Source: Lytechinus pictus
Lineage: Eukaryota
Length of the DNA stretch: 64,000 bases
Assembly: GCF_037042905.1 (NCBI RefSeq)
Contig: NC_087245.1
Location: forward strand, 6,264,001-6,328,000
Reading direction: 5' to 3'
Positions 63,032 through 64,000 of this stretch are shown here, piece after piece. A model generated the notes under the pieces. It did not search any database. It saw only the letters and a program-made list of their open reading frames with translations, and was not told the DNA's origin. Within the stretch, counting starts at the first letter, position 1, and each line of letters begins with the position of its first letter. The translations under genes were made by a program, and so were the position numbers.

Positions 63032-64000
63032 CATGGGTGTCGATCACGGGGGGGATGGGGGGGATATATCCCCCCCCCCCCAATATTTCAAGTGGGGGGG
63101 ATGGCCTGTATTATCATCCCCCCCAATAATTCAGGGTAGAAAAATTGTAATAATGATGATGAAAAAATGAAAAGTTTGATAATGATGATTATAGTATGCC
63201 ATCAATCAGTTTGTTTCCCTCGCAATATTGTTATTAAATTAAAACATTCTTTTCCAGGGCTTTTAAACAGATGGGTGGAGGTTCAAGATGAAAAAGAATG
63301 AAATGTTTATGTACCGGTATATGATATTTTTTAAACACATGACTTAAAAGGACCCCGACGAAAAAAAAACTTTTGTTGATTGGGTGTTCCATCCCACCAG
63401 TGGTGAATAAATTAATTTTAAGAAATCAATTAATTCAAAAGGGTGGAAAAATAAACGGGTGGAAAAGGGTGGCAAGATAAACAGGGAAACCTCCATGGAC
63501 GTAAATCCTAGAGGGGTAGATCTTGAAAAAGTACAAAAAACTTTTCTCAGATTTACCCCTCCCCACATCCAAGTGCATGATGTTTGTCCCATTTAATCTA
63601 CAACCCTTTTGAATATTAAACATTTTATCATGTGACCCCATCAGATACCTCTCATGAAAATATTGAGGTTCAGTGAGCTCAATATAATATGATCATATTT
63701 TTACAATGCCCATCCAATCGGCTGACAAAAAAAAAACGAGGAAAAGGAGAAAAAGAGGGAGAGAGGAAGGGAATGTAATGGGAAAGAAGAAATTATTGTT
63801 CATTATGATGTTAGATTATACTATAATTCTGTTATTACATAAGACGCATTTTTCATAACTTTATGAAACATAATTTTATTAGGGCCCATGTCTTCATTGT
63901 TCCTGGTGCTCACATTGTCTGTTTAACTTTAACGAGATATATAATCCTGTGGCACTAAAACCTCCTGTTTTCAATATACTTCCTCGCACTTCGAATTATT
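63032..64000 (+). mobile_element. Left part of a hAT-like element (CATGGGTGTCGATC family); right end not seen
   Basis: Matches left ends at 41981 and ~42214, including the polyG-ATATAT-polyC hairpin. Confidence 0.55.

Overview
AT-rich animal genomic DNA, with a repeat landscape that resembles a sea urchin or other invertebrate deuterostome (inference, not verified). It is not prokaryotic, and I see no CRISPR array, rRNA, true tRNA gene or intact transposase. One spliced minus-strand gene spans almost the whole window. It has a CpG-rich promoter and non-coding first exon near 61.4-61.6 kb and a start-codon exon at 31161-31226. Four further phase-compatible coding exons follow (29103-29675, 26372-26629, 11138-11255, 7866-8036), with candidate terminal exons at 4727-4745, 1702-1846 and 21613-21656. 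The product is a roughly 380-430 aa Ser-rich, apparently disordered protein I cannot name. Its introns are dense with non-autonomous mobile elements: TTAA-targeting Kolobok-like MITEs, four Helentron/HINE-like elements with ~150-160 bp internal tandem arrays, hAT-, P-, Harbinger- and Tc1-like MITEs, unclassified elements with 5, 6, 7 and 9 bp TSDs, tRNA-derived SINEs and LINE 3' ends, often nested. The most notable observations are a ~1.75 kb nested palindrome in intron 1, a strong excess of TACATGTA that looks like excision scars, minimal TIR-TIR relics with perfect TSDs, and RFX X-boxes beside candidate alternative first exons.
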